Shown one piece after another: positions 17,352-25,878 of a stretch of 32,000 nucleotides of DNA; within the stretch, counting starts at the first letter, position 1, and each line of letters begins with the position of its first letter. The notes under the pieces were generated by a model. That model ran no database searches and was not told the origin of the DNA. It saw nothing but the letters and a program-made list of their open reading frames with translations. Where the stretch lies: contig JAWAQK010000016.1 in the NCBI GenBank assembly GCA_038893995.1, positions 231-32,230 of the forward strand. The letters run 5' to 3'. This stretch comes from Candidatus Thorarchaeota archaeon (lineage in GTDB: Archaea; Asgardarchaeota; Thorarchaeia; Thorarchaeales; Thorarchaeaceae). The translations under genes and the position numbers were made by a program.

Positions 17352-18296
17352 ATGAGAGTCGTCGCACTGTCAGGCGGCATTGGCGGAGCCAAGCTTGCAC
17401 TCGGACTCTACCGTGTCCTCTCGCCTGGTGAGCTCACAATAGTTGGAAACACGGGCGATGATATCGAGATGTTTGGTCTTCATATCTCTCCTGATCTCGA
17501 TATCGTGATGTACACTCTCAGCGGAAGGGCGGATCCACAGAAGGGGTGGGGCATCGCTGGGGACACGTTCCACTTTCTGGACGAGCTGTCCAGAGCGTAT
17601 CATCTCGACACCTGGTTTGGACTCGGGGACCGTGACATTGCAACACATGTCCTGAGGACAGAGATGCTGAAACGTGGAGAACCGCTGTCGAGCGCGACCA
17701 GACAACTGTGTCAAATGTCTGGACTGACTGACATGACGCTCCTACCGATGACGGATGATACTGTCTGCACCAGGGTAGACATCGGTGATGTTGAAACAAT
17801 CCACTTTGAAGAGTACTTTGTGAAGCGTCAGTGCAGAGACAGGATCTATGGAGTGTCCTACGCAGGCTCAGAAACCGCAGCACCGGCTCCGGGAGTAATA
17901 GAGGCTATCGAAGTGGCAGACATCCTTGTCGTGTGTCCAAGCAACCCCATCGCTTCAATAGGGCCGATCCTCTCAGTGCGGCAGATCAGAGAGGCTATGC
18001 ATTCCGTCGACTGCCCAGTGGTGGTGGTCTCACCCCTAGTTGGCGGGAGGGCAATCAAGGGGCCTACGGAGGAGTTCATGCGAGGACTGGGGTACGATGT
18101 GTCGGTCCTTGGGGTGGCAGACTACTACAGAGACATGATGACCCATCTCGTGATAGACACGCGGGATATGGAGTACAGTAATGAGTTGAGTGCACGGGGT
18201 GTCGTACCCATTGTGACGAACACTGTGATGCAGACCACAGACGACAAGGTGCGGCTGGCCAGGGAGGTGATTAAGGCTGCGTCCGTTGGCGACTGA
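17352..18296 (+). CDS. cofD: 2-phospho-L-lactate (or EPPG) transferase CofD/FbiA
   Basis: The N-terminus MRVVALSGGIGGAKLALGL is the CofD signature. Length (~315 aa) and the C-terminal PLVGGRAIKGP segment also fit. Alternative in-frame starts are GTG 17343 and ATG 17346. Confidence 0.9.
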   Translation: MRVVALSGGIGGAKLALGLYRVLSPGELTIVGNTGDDIEMFGLHISPDLDIVMYTLSGRADPQKGWGIAGDTFHFLDELSRAYHLDTWFGLGDRDIATHVLRTEMLKRGEPLSSATRQLCQMSGLTDMTLLPMTDDTVCTRVDIGDVETIHFEEYFVKRQCRDRIYGVSYAGSETAAPAPGVIEAIEVADILVVCPSNPIASIGPILSVRQIREAMHSVDCPVVVVSPLVGGRAIKGPTEEFMRGLGYDVSVLGVADYYRDMMTHLVIDTRDMEYSNELSARGVVPIVTNTVMQTTDDKVRLAREVIKAASVGD

Positions 18297-18966
18297 AAGT
18301 GTCATCGTTGTCATGCCAGTGAAGGGACTCAGAGACTCCAAGAGCCGACTGAGAGGCATCATGCCGGATAGCGACAGGATGGAACTGGCCCTGACAATGC
18401 TGGGCGACACTCTGAGGGCTATCCTCGCCAGCCGGGTCGCCTCGAGGACTCTGGTCATCACTCCTGACACTTCGGTGACAAATGTGGCGAATGCTATCGG
18501 GGCAGAGACCGTAATCGATGACTCGGACCTGAATGGTGCTGTCGCCCGGATGTCCGACCTGGTCCATAGTGAGAATCCTCATGCCATGATGGTGGTCATT
18601 CCCTGTGACGTGCCGCTGCTCAGACCTGCGACACTCCAGGAAATCGTCACCAGGGCAAGGCAGCTGGGCCCACCACTAGTGATGGCAACACGCTCAAAGG
18701 ACAATGGAACAAACATGCTGTTGATGAATCCGGCCGGCATCATCCGTCCGCGCTTTGGGCCCGACAGCTTTGAGGCACACAGGCAGGAAGCAATTCGTTC
18801 AGGGGCCAGGTTCGAACAGTATGTGGACACAGACCTGGAGTTTGATATTGACCGCGAGGAAGATGTGATGCTGCTCGGCAGCAGCAAGACCGATATAGAA
18901 TCTCAGAGACTGGTGCGAGAGATCCTGAGATCACACCACGCACAGGGCACAGGTCATCACCACTGA
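18286..18966 (+). CDS. cofC: 2-phospho-L-lactate/PEP guanylyltransferase CofC/FbiD
   Basis: The N-terminal VIVVMPVKGLRDSKSRL motif matches CofC, and CDVPLL and MATRSKDNGTNML are also consistent. The TTG start at 18286 overlaps the cofD stop by 11 nt. The first ATG, at 18313, would delete the first beta-strand. Confidence 0.8.
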   Translation: MATESVIVVMPVKGLRDSKSRLRGIMPDSDRMELALTMLGDTLRAILASRVASRTLVITPDTSVTNVANAIGAETVIDDSDLNGAVARMSDLVHSENPHAMMVVIPCDVPLLRPATLQEIVTRARQLGPPLVMATRSKDNGTNMLLMNPAGIIRPRFGPDSFEAHRQEAIRSGARFEQYVDTDLEFDIDREEDVMLLGSSKTDIESQRLVREILRSHHAQGTGHHH

Positions 18967-19060
18967 TACTCAACCGGGCTCGAAAGAGACCAGGTGGACG
19001 GTCCGAGCATTCGGGGACTGGTTCGTGCATCGTCACAGTCGTAGTCGACAGGAGGGCCAT

Positions 19061-19068
19061 ACTTAAAG
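19061..19068 (+). promoter_or_regulatory. TATA-like box (ACTTAAAG) for the binding-protein gene
   Basis: The box is centred about 26 nt upstream of the ATG at 19091, which fits a leaderless transcript. Confidence 0.4.
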
Positions 19069-19090
19069 GCCGCGATACCCAATAGATGAC

Positions 19091-20203
19091 ATGGTCGCCC
19101 GGGTGGCAGGACGAAACCCTGTCCGAATGGCGTCCAGGAGAAAGAGAGAGTTGGAGAGACAGACTCTGGCCATTGTCCTAGTAGTGGTCATCGTCGCAGC
19201 AGGCGTTGGACTCGTCGTACTTGGTCCAACACTGTTCCCGCAAGAGCCGCGAGTGGCGATAGTCTTTGCGACTGGTGGACTAGGCGATAAGTCATTCAAC
19301 GATGCTGCCTACAAGGGTGTGATGGACTTCAAGAGAGACTATGGATGGAACTTCGCATACGCCGAACCCACCCAAATTGCAGAATACGAGGGGTTCCTGC
19401 GTGACTTTGCTGCTCACGAGGGAAGGGCACCATACGACATCATAATCTCGATTGGCTTCGACCAGAACGAGGCGTTGTACAAAGTCGCAGGAGAATATCC
19501 GAATCAGAAGTTCGCAATAGTGGACATGTTCAACAACCGAACAAGCAATGTTGCTTCGCTGCTGTTCAGTGAGCATGAGGGTTCAGCGCTGGTCGGCGCA
19601 ATCGCAGGTCTCATGACCAGGACCAACAAGCTTGGGTTCATCGGGGGTATGAACATCCCGTTGATCAACAAGTTTGCGGCTGGGTATAGATTCGGTGCCA
19701 ACTACACGAACAACCAGACCACTGTGAGCATACAGTACACAGGAAGTTGGGTTGACACCGCAGCGGGCCAGGCACTTGCAGATGGCATGTACGCTTCTGG
19801 CGTGGACATAATCTTCGCGGCAGCCGGTAGATCCGGTCTCGGTGTGTTCACTAGCGCGAAGAACCTCAACGGTACGCCTGGCTACGAGAACCCTCTGTGG
19901 GTGATAGGTGTCGACAGCCCGCAGATGTATCTGGGATGTGCAGACCCCAACAATCCTCAACCCCCGACAGTCGGTCTGACCTCGATGCTGAAGAGAGTTG
20001 ACGTTGCAGTCTACAGTATCATCAAGGACGTCTACCTCAACCAGTTCACTGGCGGCATCAAGGTCTTCAACCTGGCAAACGGAGGTCTTGACTACGAGAT
20101 CAACACAGACCTGTTGACTCTACCAACCAGTGTCATCCAGGCAGTTGAGGCATTGAAGGCGGCCATAATAGCAGGAACAGTAACAGTTCCAGATACACTG
20201 TAG
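19091..20203 (+). CDS. BMP/PnrA-family ABC substrate-binding protein (nucleoside-type), membrane-anchored
   Basis: The motifs GGLGDKSFNDAAYKG and GFIGGMNIPLINKFAAGYRFG are typical of the Bmp family. The N-terminal segment TLAIVLVVVIVAAGVGLVVLG is a signal anchor. An alternative start is M13, at 19127. Confidence 0.9.
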   Translation: MVARVAGRNPVRMASRRKRELERQTLAIVLVVVIVAAGVGLVVLGPTLFPQEPRVAIVFATGGLGDKSFNDAAYKGVMDFKRDYGWNFAYAEPTQIAEYEGFLRDFAAHEGRAPYDIIISIGFDQNEALYKVAGEYPNQKFAIVDMFNNRTSNVASLLFSEHEGSALVGAIAGLMTRTNKLGFIGGMNIPLINKFAAGYRFGANYTNNQTTVSIQYTGSWVDTAAGQALADGMYASGVDIIFAAAGRSGLGVFTSAKNLNGTPGYENPLWVIGVDSPQMYLGCADPNNPQPPTVGLTSMLKRVDVAVYSIIKDVYLNQFTGGIKVFNLANGGLDYEINTDLLTLPTSVIQAVEALKAAIIAGTVTVPDTL

Positions 20204-20217
20204 GACCCAGTCTATGA

Positions 20218-20249
20218 GAGAGGGCACAATGCCCTCTCATCCCATTTTT
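20218..20249 (+). terminator. Hairpin plus T5 terminator after the binding-protein gene
   Basis: A perfect 9-bp stem pairs GAGAGGGCA (20218-20226) with TGCCCTCTC (20230-20238) around a CAA loop. It is followed by ATCCCATTTTT, with the T5 run at 20245-20249. It starts 15 nt after the TAG stop. Confidence 0.6.
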
Positions 20250-20262
20250 GTGAGAGCGAACG

Positions 20263-20269
20263 TTATATA
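20263..20269 (+). promoter_or_regulatory. TATA box (TTATATA), internal promoter for the ATPase/permease genes
   Basis: A canonical archaeal TATA sequence sits between the terminator and the ATPase gene. A GGAGGA SD follows at 20321-20326. Confidence 0.45.
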
Positions 20270-20333
20270 GTCTGGCAGAGCTCAGGCCATGCGTCGGTGT
20301 AGGGATTCGGTCTACCCGCAGGAGGAAGCCTGA

Positions 20334-21917
20334 ATCTACGCAGTCGAGCTCGAGAACATAAGCAAGACGTTCCCTGGCGGGGTCATCGCAAACCGAGACA
20401 TCACACTGAGGATAGTAGAGGGAGAGATCCACGCACTGCTCGGTGAGAACGGTGCTGGAAAGACGACTCTGATGAACATCCTGTACGGTCTCATTTCAAA
20501 AGACAGCGGAAGGATCATTGTCAGGGGAGAGGTTGTCGAGCCACGCTCTCCCATGGACATGATAGCCCGAGGCGTAGGGATGGTCCACCAGCACTTCAAG
20601 CTGATCCCAACTCTCACAGTCACCGAGAACGTGGTCCTTGGCATGGAACCCGCCGGCTCTCTCGTCAGGCTGGGCGGGGCAGGGAAGATGTTGAGCGGAC
20701 TCATGCCAATGGACCTCAGAGCCGCAGCCAAGAGAATCAGGGTGATTGCTCAGGAGAACAGAATGCTGGTAGACCCAAACGCGCGGGTTCAGGACATCCC
20801 CATCGGTGTTCAGCAGCGGGTGGAGATCATCAAGTGCCTCTACAGGTCCGCAAACATCCTCATCCTAGACGAACCCACCTCAGTATTGACACCTCAGGAA
20901 GTGGACGACCTGTTCGTGACGCTTGAGAGATTCCGAGAGAGCGGGAAGACCATCATCCTGATAACTCACAAGCTGCGAGAGCCAATGATGCTTGCGGACA
21001 GGATCACCGTACTGAGAGATGGCGCGCTCGTGAAGACAGTTCAGAAGAAGGACACCTCACCTGCTGAGCTGGCCAGAATGATGGTGGGGCGTCCTGTGGA
21101 GTTCACTGTGGAGAAGCCACCTACGACACCTGGACCGGTGGTCCTCGAGGTCACAGGACTCGGACTAGAGGTAGAGGGTAGGTCCGTACTCAAGGACATC
21201 AATCTCAGTGTCAGACAGGGAGAGATACTGGGCATTGCAGGAGTGGAGGGGAATGGCCAGACCGAACTTGTTGAGACAGTGGCGGGGCTCAGGAGACCAA
21301 CACGAGGACGAGTCCTGGTCGCGGGAATTGACGTCACAGGGAAGGGCGTAAGACAGGTACGTGCGGCTGGACTCTGTCATATTCCCGAGGATCGCCAGAA
21401 GAGAGGACTCGTACTGGGTTTCAGCGTGGAGGAGAATCTCATACTGGGCTCGCACAGGCTTCCAAGTACGACGACTGGTCCCGCTCACGCACTGTTGAAC
21501 CACGCTGCGGTAAGGGGAATCTCGTCCGAGCTTGTGCAGAAGTTCTCGATAAGGTTGCCTACTGTGACCGCACTTGCAGGCACTCTCTCCGGTGGGAACC
21601 AGCAGAAGGTGGTCGTGGCCCGAGAGCTCTCTTCTGGACCAAAGGCCGTTCTTGCTGCTCAGCCAACGCGCGGGCTAGATGTAGGTGCCACCGAACAGAT
21701 CCACAGACTACTCATCGAGATGAGGAATGCAGGTGCTGGAATACTTCTGGTGTCAGCAGAACTCGACGAGGTGCGAAGTCTCTCTGACCGCATCGCGGTG
21801 ATGTTCAATGGTAGAATTGTAGCATTCCGAGAGCCTGACACGAGTCCTGAGGAGCTGGGGCTTCTCATGGCAGGTCAGTCGGTAGATGACAGAACAGAGG
21901 TCGAATCGTCGGTATGA
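20334..21917 (+). CDS. ABC transporter ATP-binding protein with two tandem NBDs (CUT2/BMP-type); 5' end anomalous
   Basis: The Walker A GENGAGKTT (about 20436-20462) lies upstream of the first ATG (20472), so the ORF-track start is too short. Reading frame 0 is open back to the TGA at 20331-20333 and contains no ATG, GTG or TTG. The best candidate start is ATC at 20334, 7 nt after GGAGGA. A second NBD is present (GVEGNGQTEL, LSGGNQQK, LLVSAELDE). Confidence 0.8.
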   Translation: MYAVELENISKTFPGGVIANRDITLRIVEGEIHALLGENGAGKTTLMNILYGLISKDSGRIIVRGEVVEPRSPMDMIARGVGMVHQHFKLIPTLTVTENVVLGMEPAGSLVRLGGAGKMLSGLMPMDLRAAAKRIRVIAQENRMLVDPNARVQDIPIGVQQRVEIIKCLYRSANILILDEPTSVLTPQEVDDLFVTLERFRESGKTIILITHKLREPMMLADRITVLRDGALVKTVQKKDTSPAELARMMVGRPVEFTVEKPPTTPGPVVLEVTGLGLEVEGRSVLKDINLSVRQGEILGIAGVEGNGQTELVETVAGLRRPTRGRVLVAGIDVTGKGVRQVRAAGLCHIPEDRQKRGLVLGFSVEENLILGSHRLPSTTTGPAHALLNHAAVRGISSELVQKFSIRLPTVTALAGTLSGGNQQKVVVARELSSGPKAVLAAQPTRGLDVGATEQIHRLLIEMRNAGAGILLVSAELDEVRSLSDRIAVMFNGRIVAFREPDTSPEELGLLMAGQSVDDRTEVESSV

Positions 21918-23416
21918 GCGAAGATGAGTCAATGGCCAGACAGGGCTCAGTCGAGGAGGCGGACTCCCTCGCCACAAGAGTCAGGTCTCTAGTCCGTAAC
22001 GGGACATCGAGACTAGTCGAGCGGGCAACAAGTGAGGAAACTATGAAGCAACTCCTCTGGACCGGTGGATCGATCGTCCTGTCCCTGCTGATTGTCGCGG
22101 CGATCATGATGCTCGTGGGCTACAACCCGCTGCTGGCCTACATAGCGCTATTCAGGGGCATACTAGTACAGTTGGACCGTGTCCTTTTCTACGCCACGCC
22201 GCTCATCTTCACCGGTCTCTCGGTGGCCTTCGCGTTCAAGTGCGGGCTCTTCAACATCGGACCGGAGGGCCAACTCTACATCGGTGCGATGGCTGCAGCC
22301 ATCATCGGATACATGGTGGCATTGCCGATCATTGTACATCCGCTCGCCTGCCTAGTAGTGGCAGGTCTCTCCGGATTTGCATATGGTTTCCTACCGGGTC
22401 TTCTGAAGGCGTACAGGGGTGCACACGAGGTCGTCACCACCATGATGTTGAGCTACATTGCGCTGCTGTTCACTCAGTGGCTCGTCACCTATCCACTCAA
22501 GGAACCAGGTGAGCAACAGTGGATTGCCCAGACCCCACCCCTGTTCTCCACGGCCTGGCTTCCCAGTCTCTTCGGTTCTCCCTTCCTGCACGCAGGTCTG
22601 ATCCTAGCGGTCCTTGCTGTCATCGCTGTGGACTTCATCATCAACCACACAGTACTCGGATATGAAATGCGAGCAGTGGGACTGAATGCAGAAGCGGCTC
22701 GTACCGCAGGAATAGACATCAGACTCAACACCGCACTTGCACTAGGGATTGCTGGCTCACTCGCAGGTATTGGAGGTGCGTCGGAGATCATGGGATACCA
22801 CCACCGCTTTCGAGATGCCTGGTCGACCGGTCTCGGGTGGGACGGCATCACAGTGGCTGTCCTGGGCAGAAACAATCCGTGGGGAGTCCTACTTGGTGCG
22901 TTGTTCTTCGGCGCGCTGAGAGCAGGAGGAAACACCATGCAGTATCAGGCAGGCGTCCCTGCCGAGATGGTCAGCGTGATCCAGGGATTCATCGTACTGT
23001 TCGTGGCTGCCCCAAGGATCGTCCAGTGGGTCATCAAGAGAGGTGGTGAGTACTCGGCCTGGGTGAGGGATGCACGAGTGCCTGGTCTGACCCATCTGTC
23101 GATGACCCTGTGGACGGCACTGTCACCCATCATCGCCATTACGGTTGCGTCGGCAGCACCCTCGATCGCAGTACAGTCTGTCCTGGCACTCGCTGCGGCG
23201 ACCAGCGTGTACGCCTTCATCGGGATGCTCAGAAGGGACCGACGCGGACTGAAATGGGCACTGATTGCCTCACTCCTCTGGGGTGGCGCGACTCTGGCCT
23301 CGCTCCTAGAGGGGGTGCCCAGCTCGCTACCCACACTGGTCATGGCAATCGTCGGATCGAGCATTGCTGCACTGGGATGGCGTGTCAAGGCAGAGGGGCC
23401 ACACATGGGGGACTGA
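21914..23416 (+). CDS. ABC transporter permease (BMP-type, first subunit) with extra C-terminal TM helices
   Basis: An ATGA start/stop overlap links it to the ATPase gene. The core is polytopic and includes GPEGQLYIG and MRAVGLNAEAARTAGI motifs. An alternative start is M44, at 22043. Confidence 0.85.
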   Translation: MSEDESMARQGSVEEADSLATRVRSLVRNGTSRLVERATSEETMKQLLWTGGSIVLSLLIVAAIMMLVGYNPLLAYIALFRGILVQLDRVLFYATPLIFTGLSVAFAFKCGLFNIGPEGQLYIGAMAAAIIGYMVALPIIVHPLACLVVAGLSGFAYGFLPGLLKAYRGAHEVVTTMMLSYIALLFTQWLVTYPLKEPGEQQWIAQTPPLFSTAWLPSLFGSPFLHAGLILAVLAVIAVDFIINHTVLGYEMRAVGLNAEAARTAGIDIRLNTALALGIAGSLAGIGGASEIMGYHHRFRDAWSTGLGWDGITVAVLGRNNPWGVLLGALFFGALRAGGNTMQYQAGVPAEMVSVIQGFIVLFVAAPRIVQWVIKRGGEYSAWVRDARVPGLTHLSMTLWTALSPIIAITVASAAPSIAVQSVLALAAATSVYAFIGMLRRDRRGLKWALIASLLWGGATLASLLEGVPSSLPTLVMAIVGSSIAALGWRVKAEGPHMGD

Positions 23417-23423
23417 TGACCGT

Positions 23424-24380
23424 ATGCAACAGATCGATCCCGTGTTGTTTGCATGGTTACTGAAGACGACCCTGCAGATGTCCACACCTCTGGTCATCAC
23501 TGCGCTCGGGGGCATGTTCTCAGAGAGGTCGGGAGTAGTCAATATCGGTCTCGAGGGTATGATGCTCACTGGTGCGTTCGCGGCCGCAGCCGGGTCTCAC
23601 TATACTGGCAACCCGTGGCTTGGTGTACTGTGTGCAATTGCAGCAGGTGCGGGACTGGGATTCATTCACGCCCTCGTCTGTGTCAAGTTCAAGGGCAATC
23701 AGATCGTGAGCGGAACGGGGATAATCCTGGCCGGATTTGGTCTGACCACTGTCGGGCTTGAGGTCATATGGGGCAGGAAGGGGGTATCAGACTCTGTGAC
23801 GGGCCTTCCCAACATGGTGATCCCGGGCATTGGTCAGATACCCCTGATCGGTGGTTTCCTCGAGGTCGCCATCAGCTCAATCTCGCCGCTGGTCGTCGTC
23901 ATGTTCTTACTAGTTCCAGCATGCTACTATGTCATGTACAAGACCCCCCTGGGACTCAGGATAAGATCGGCGGGAGAGGACCCCAGCACGCTTGATACAG
24001 CCGGAGTCGACGTCGACCTGACAAGAATGCTCGCAGTCGTAGTGAGCGGAGCCCTCGCAGGTCTTGGTGGAGCCCACCTGTCAATAGGAATCGAGAACTT
24101 CTTCGCGAAGAACATGACTGCCGGCAGGGGATTCATCTCGCTAGCAGCGCTGATCTTTGGAAACTGGACGCCGATTGGTTGTTTCCTCGCAGGGTTGTTC
24201 TTCGGATTCCTCTATGGTCTTCAGTACTTTGTGGCCCTTCAGTTCCCGGACCTCGTTGCCCTATCGAACTTCTTCAGGATGATACCCTTTGCCGTAGTCA
24301 TTGTTACGATTGCAGGGATACGACGGTCAATACCGCCAAGGGCAATAGGGGTGCCATACGAGAAGGAACAGAGGGCATAG
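23424..24380 (+). CDS. ABC transporter permease (BMP-type, second subunit)
   Basis: The protein begins MQQIDPVLFAWLLKTTLQMSTPLVITALGGMFSERSGVVNIGLEG. I prefer the ATG at 23424, 8 nt after the upstream stop. The 20 additional codons of the ORF-track call overlap the previous gene and look non-coding. Confidence 0.85.
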   Translation: MQQIDPVLFAWLLKTTLQMSTPLVITALGGMFSERSGVVNIGLEGMMLTGAFAAAAGSHYTGNPWLGVLCAIAAGAGLGFIHALVCVKFKGNQIVSGTGIILAGFGLTTVGLEVIWGRKGVSDSVTGLPNMVIPGIGQIPLIGGFLEVAISSISPLVVVMFLLVPACYYVMYKTPLGLRIRSAGEDPSTLDTAGVDVDLTRMLAVVVSGALAGLGGAHLSIGIENFFAKNMTAGRGFISLAALIFGNWTPIGCFLAGLFFGFLYGLQYFVALQFPDLVALSNFFRMIPFAVVIVTIAGIRRSIPPRAIGVPYEKEQRA

Positions 24381-24453
24381 GATAGATCGTCGGTTGAAGT
24401 GAAAAAGAGGGATGGGAAATGGACCGTCGTCCACTTCCCGCACCGAGGCTACA

Positions 24454-25803
24454 CTACCTGCGTCTTGCTATGACTACGAGCGCCACGACACCGACCACGA
24501 TTGCGGCAATCACGATGATTCCGCCGCCACCGCCACCAGCTATCGATACGTTGGTGTAGGCCACGTAGGTCGGGTCTTGCTGCACGCGGTACCCATTCCA
24601 TTCAGGGAATGTGACAGCATACCACCACTGAGAGTTGTGGAATGCATTCATGGCATTTGCCGCGAGCTGTGGGACACCTGCGTACATTGACCTGACTCTG
24701 GCAGACAGACCGTAGGCCATGTGAGCAAATATCAGTGCCGAGAAGGGAGCCTGCCATGCGATCAGAGCGAAGTCATCCCGACGGGCGCCCAGCAGGCAGT
24801 TCAGTGCCTGGTAGTCATCGCCCAGCAATGTCCAGGGAGTCGTGGACTCGTCGTAGAGCGAGTATCTTCGACCCAGTCCAATGTCGAATGCCCTCTCACT
24901 CGAACCAATCTTGATCGTGATGTTGTCAGAGGCTGGAGTCGTTGATGTCGGTGGAGTGATCGTGTGTCCGGTCGACGAGCGTGTAACGTTGTAGTTGCTC
25001 GTGAAGATCGAGAGGTAGTGGACGGCACTGATCTCCATCGTGTCCTTGATCACGAGGCTTGGGTCAATCTCGAAACCAAGATACTTCATCCTCGTGACCT
25101 GACCTATCGTGTAGAGAGTCTCGGCCCTGACCACACCATCTGCCCCCACACGAACGTCATACTGCACCACGAACTCGCTGATCAGAATGTTCATGATCGG
25201 TAGCAGCAATGACAACCAGAAGCCCGCGGGATTGTTGGCATCGACCACCCTACAGGTCAGATTGGTGTACCTCATTCCGAACCTGAAGTGATAGGGTTCC
25301 ACCACTGTGACTGGGATCGCCTCAACGTCCGCCTCGACGTCTGGCCAAGAGGTGTCTCTTGCAAGAGGAACGATGAACCAGGCGTTCTCGTTGCCGACAT
25401 CCGGCAGATTGTTGTTGCCATAGCTCTCGTTATGGACCAGGAGGAAGGCGAATATGGCACCGATGAATACCTCCTTGTTAGACGGTGTCAGGTAGTGCAT
25501 CCCAAACAACTGATATGGGAGCACGAACTTCAGTCCCTCAGTCGTGTAGATCTCGTTGAATGCAATGAGGAATGCCTGGAAGTCACTGACACGGACATAC
25601 GAGGCAGTCATCGTCGCATTCGCTCCGGTGCCCAGTCGGACTGGGATCGAGCTGTTGGTCCAGTAGTCCTCGGCAAACGTGTGTCCAAATACTGCAGCCT
25701 CGTCGCCTGGCGTATAGCCGACGACCAGAGGCGTCAGGCTCGCTGGCACGACCAGCAGGAGCACTAGAGCCAGTGCAAAGGTCCTGTACGTGTCTAGGCT
25801 CAT
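24454..25803 (-). CDS. Surface (glyco)protein with signal peptide and Gly6-TM-RRR C-terminal anchor
   Basis: The signal peptide is MSLDTYRTFALALVLLLVVPASL. There are seven N-x-S/T sequons (NSS, NAT, NES, NLT, NVT, NIT, NVS). The C-terminus is GGGGGGIIVIAAIVVGVVALVVIARRR. I recognise no family. Confidence 0.75.
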   Translation of the reverse strand: MSLDTYRTFALALVLLLVVPASLTPLVVGYTPGDEAAVFGHTFAEDYWTNSSIPVRLGTGANATMTASYVRVSDFQAFLIAFNEIYTTEGLKFVLPYQLFGMHYLTPSNKEVFIGAIFAFLLVHNESYGNNNLPDVGNENAWFIVPLARDTSWPDVEADVEAIPVTVVEPYHFRFGMRYTNLTCRVVDANNPAGFWLSLLLPIMNILISEFVVQYDVRVGADGVVRAETLYTIGQVTRMKYLGFEIDPSLVIKDTMEISAVHYLSIFTSNYNVTRSSTGHTITPPTSTTPASDNITIKIGSSERAFDIGLGRRYSLYDESTTPWTLLGDDYQALNCLLGARRDDFALIAWQAPFSALIFAHMAYGLSARVRSMYAGVPQLAANAMNAFHNSQWWYAVTFPEWNGYRVQQDPTYVAYTNVSIAGGGGGGIIVIAAIVVGVVALVVIARRR

Positions 25804-25823
25804 GTGATCCTCATCGTAGCCGG

Positions 25824-25832
25824 CATATATAC
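25824..25832 (-). promoter_or_regulatory. TATA box (minus strand GTATATATG) for the surface-protein gene
   Basis: The box is centred 25 nt upstream of the ATG at 25803 with no SD between them, which fits a leaderless transcript. Confidence 0.45.
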
Positions 25833-25851
25833 GGCCTATGAACGAGATGTC

Positions 25852-25878
25852 TGGATGAATCGTATGGATGAATCATCC
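25852..25878. promoter_or_regulatory. Tandem TGGATGAATC direct repeat ending in the 13-nt palindrome GGATGAATCATCC
   Basis: TGGATGAATC occurs at 25852-25861 and again at 25865-25874, a 13-nt period. The second copy extends into the perfect palindrome GGATGA-A-TCATCC (25866-25878). The element lies 20-46 nt upstream of the TATA box of the minus-strand gene. Confidence 0.3.

Noticed and set aside
20331-20333. Genome-wide reassignment of TGA as a sense codon
   Set aside because: TGA clearly terminates cofD (18294-18296), cofC (18964-18966), the ATPase itself (21915-21917) and permease 1 (23414-23416) at positions consistent with family lengths. Any read-through would have to be local.
20336-20731. 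131-aa minus-strand ORF opposite the ATPase 5' region
   Set aside because: It is antisense to the Walker A/Q-loop coding region of a clearly conserved ABC ATPase, and its translation is P/S/R-rich.
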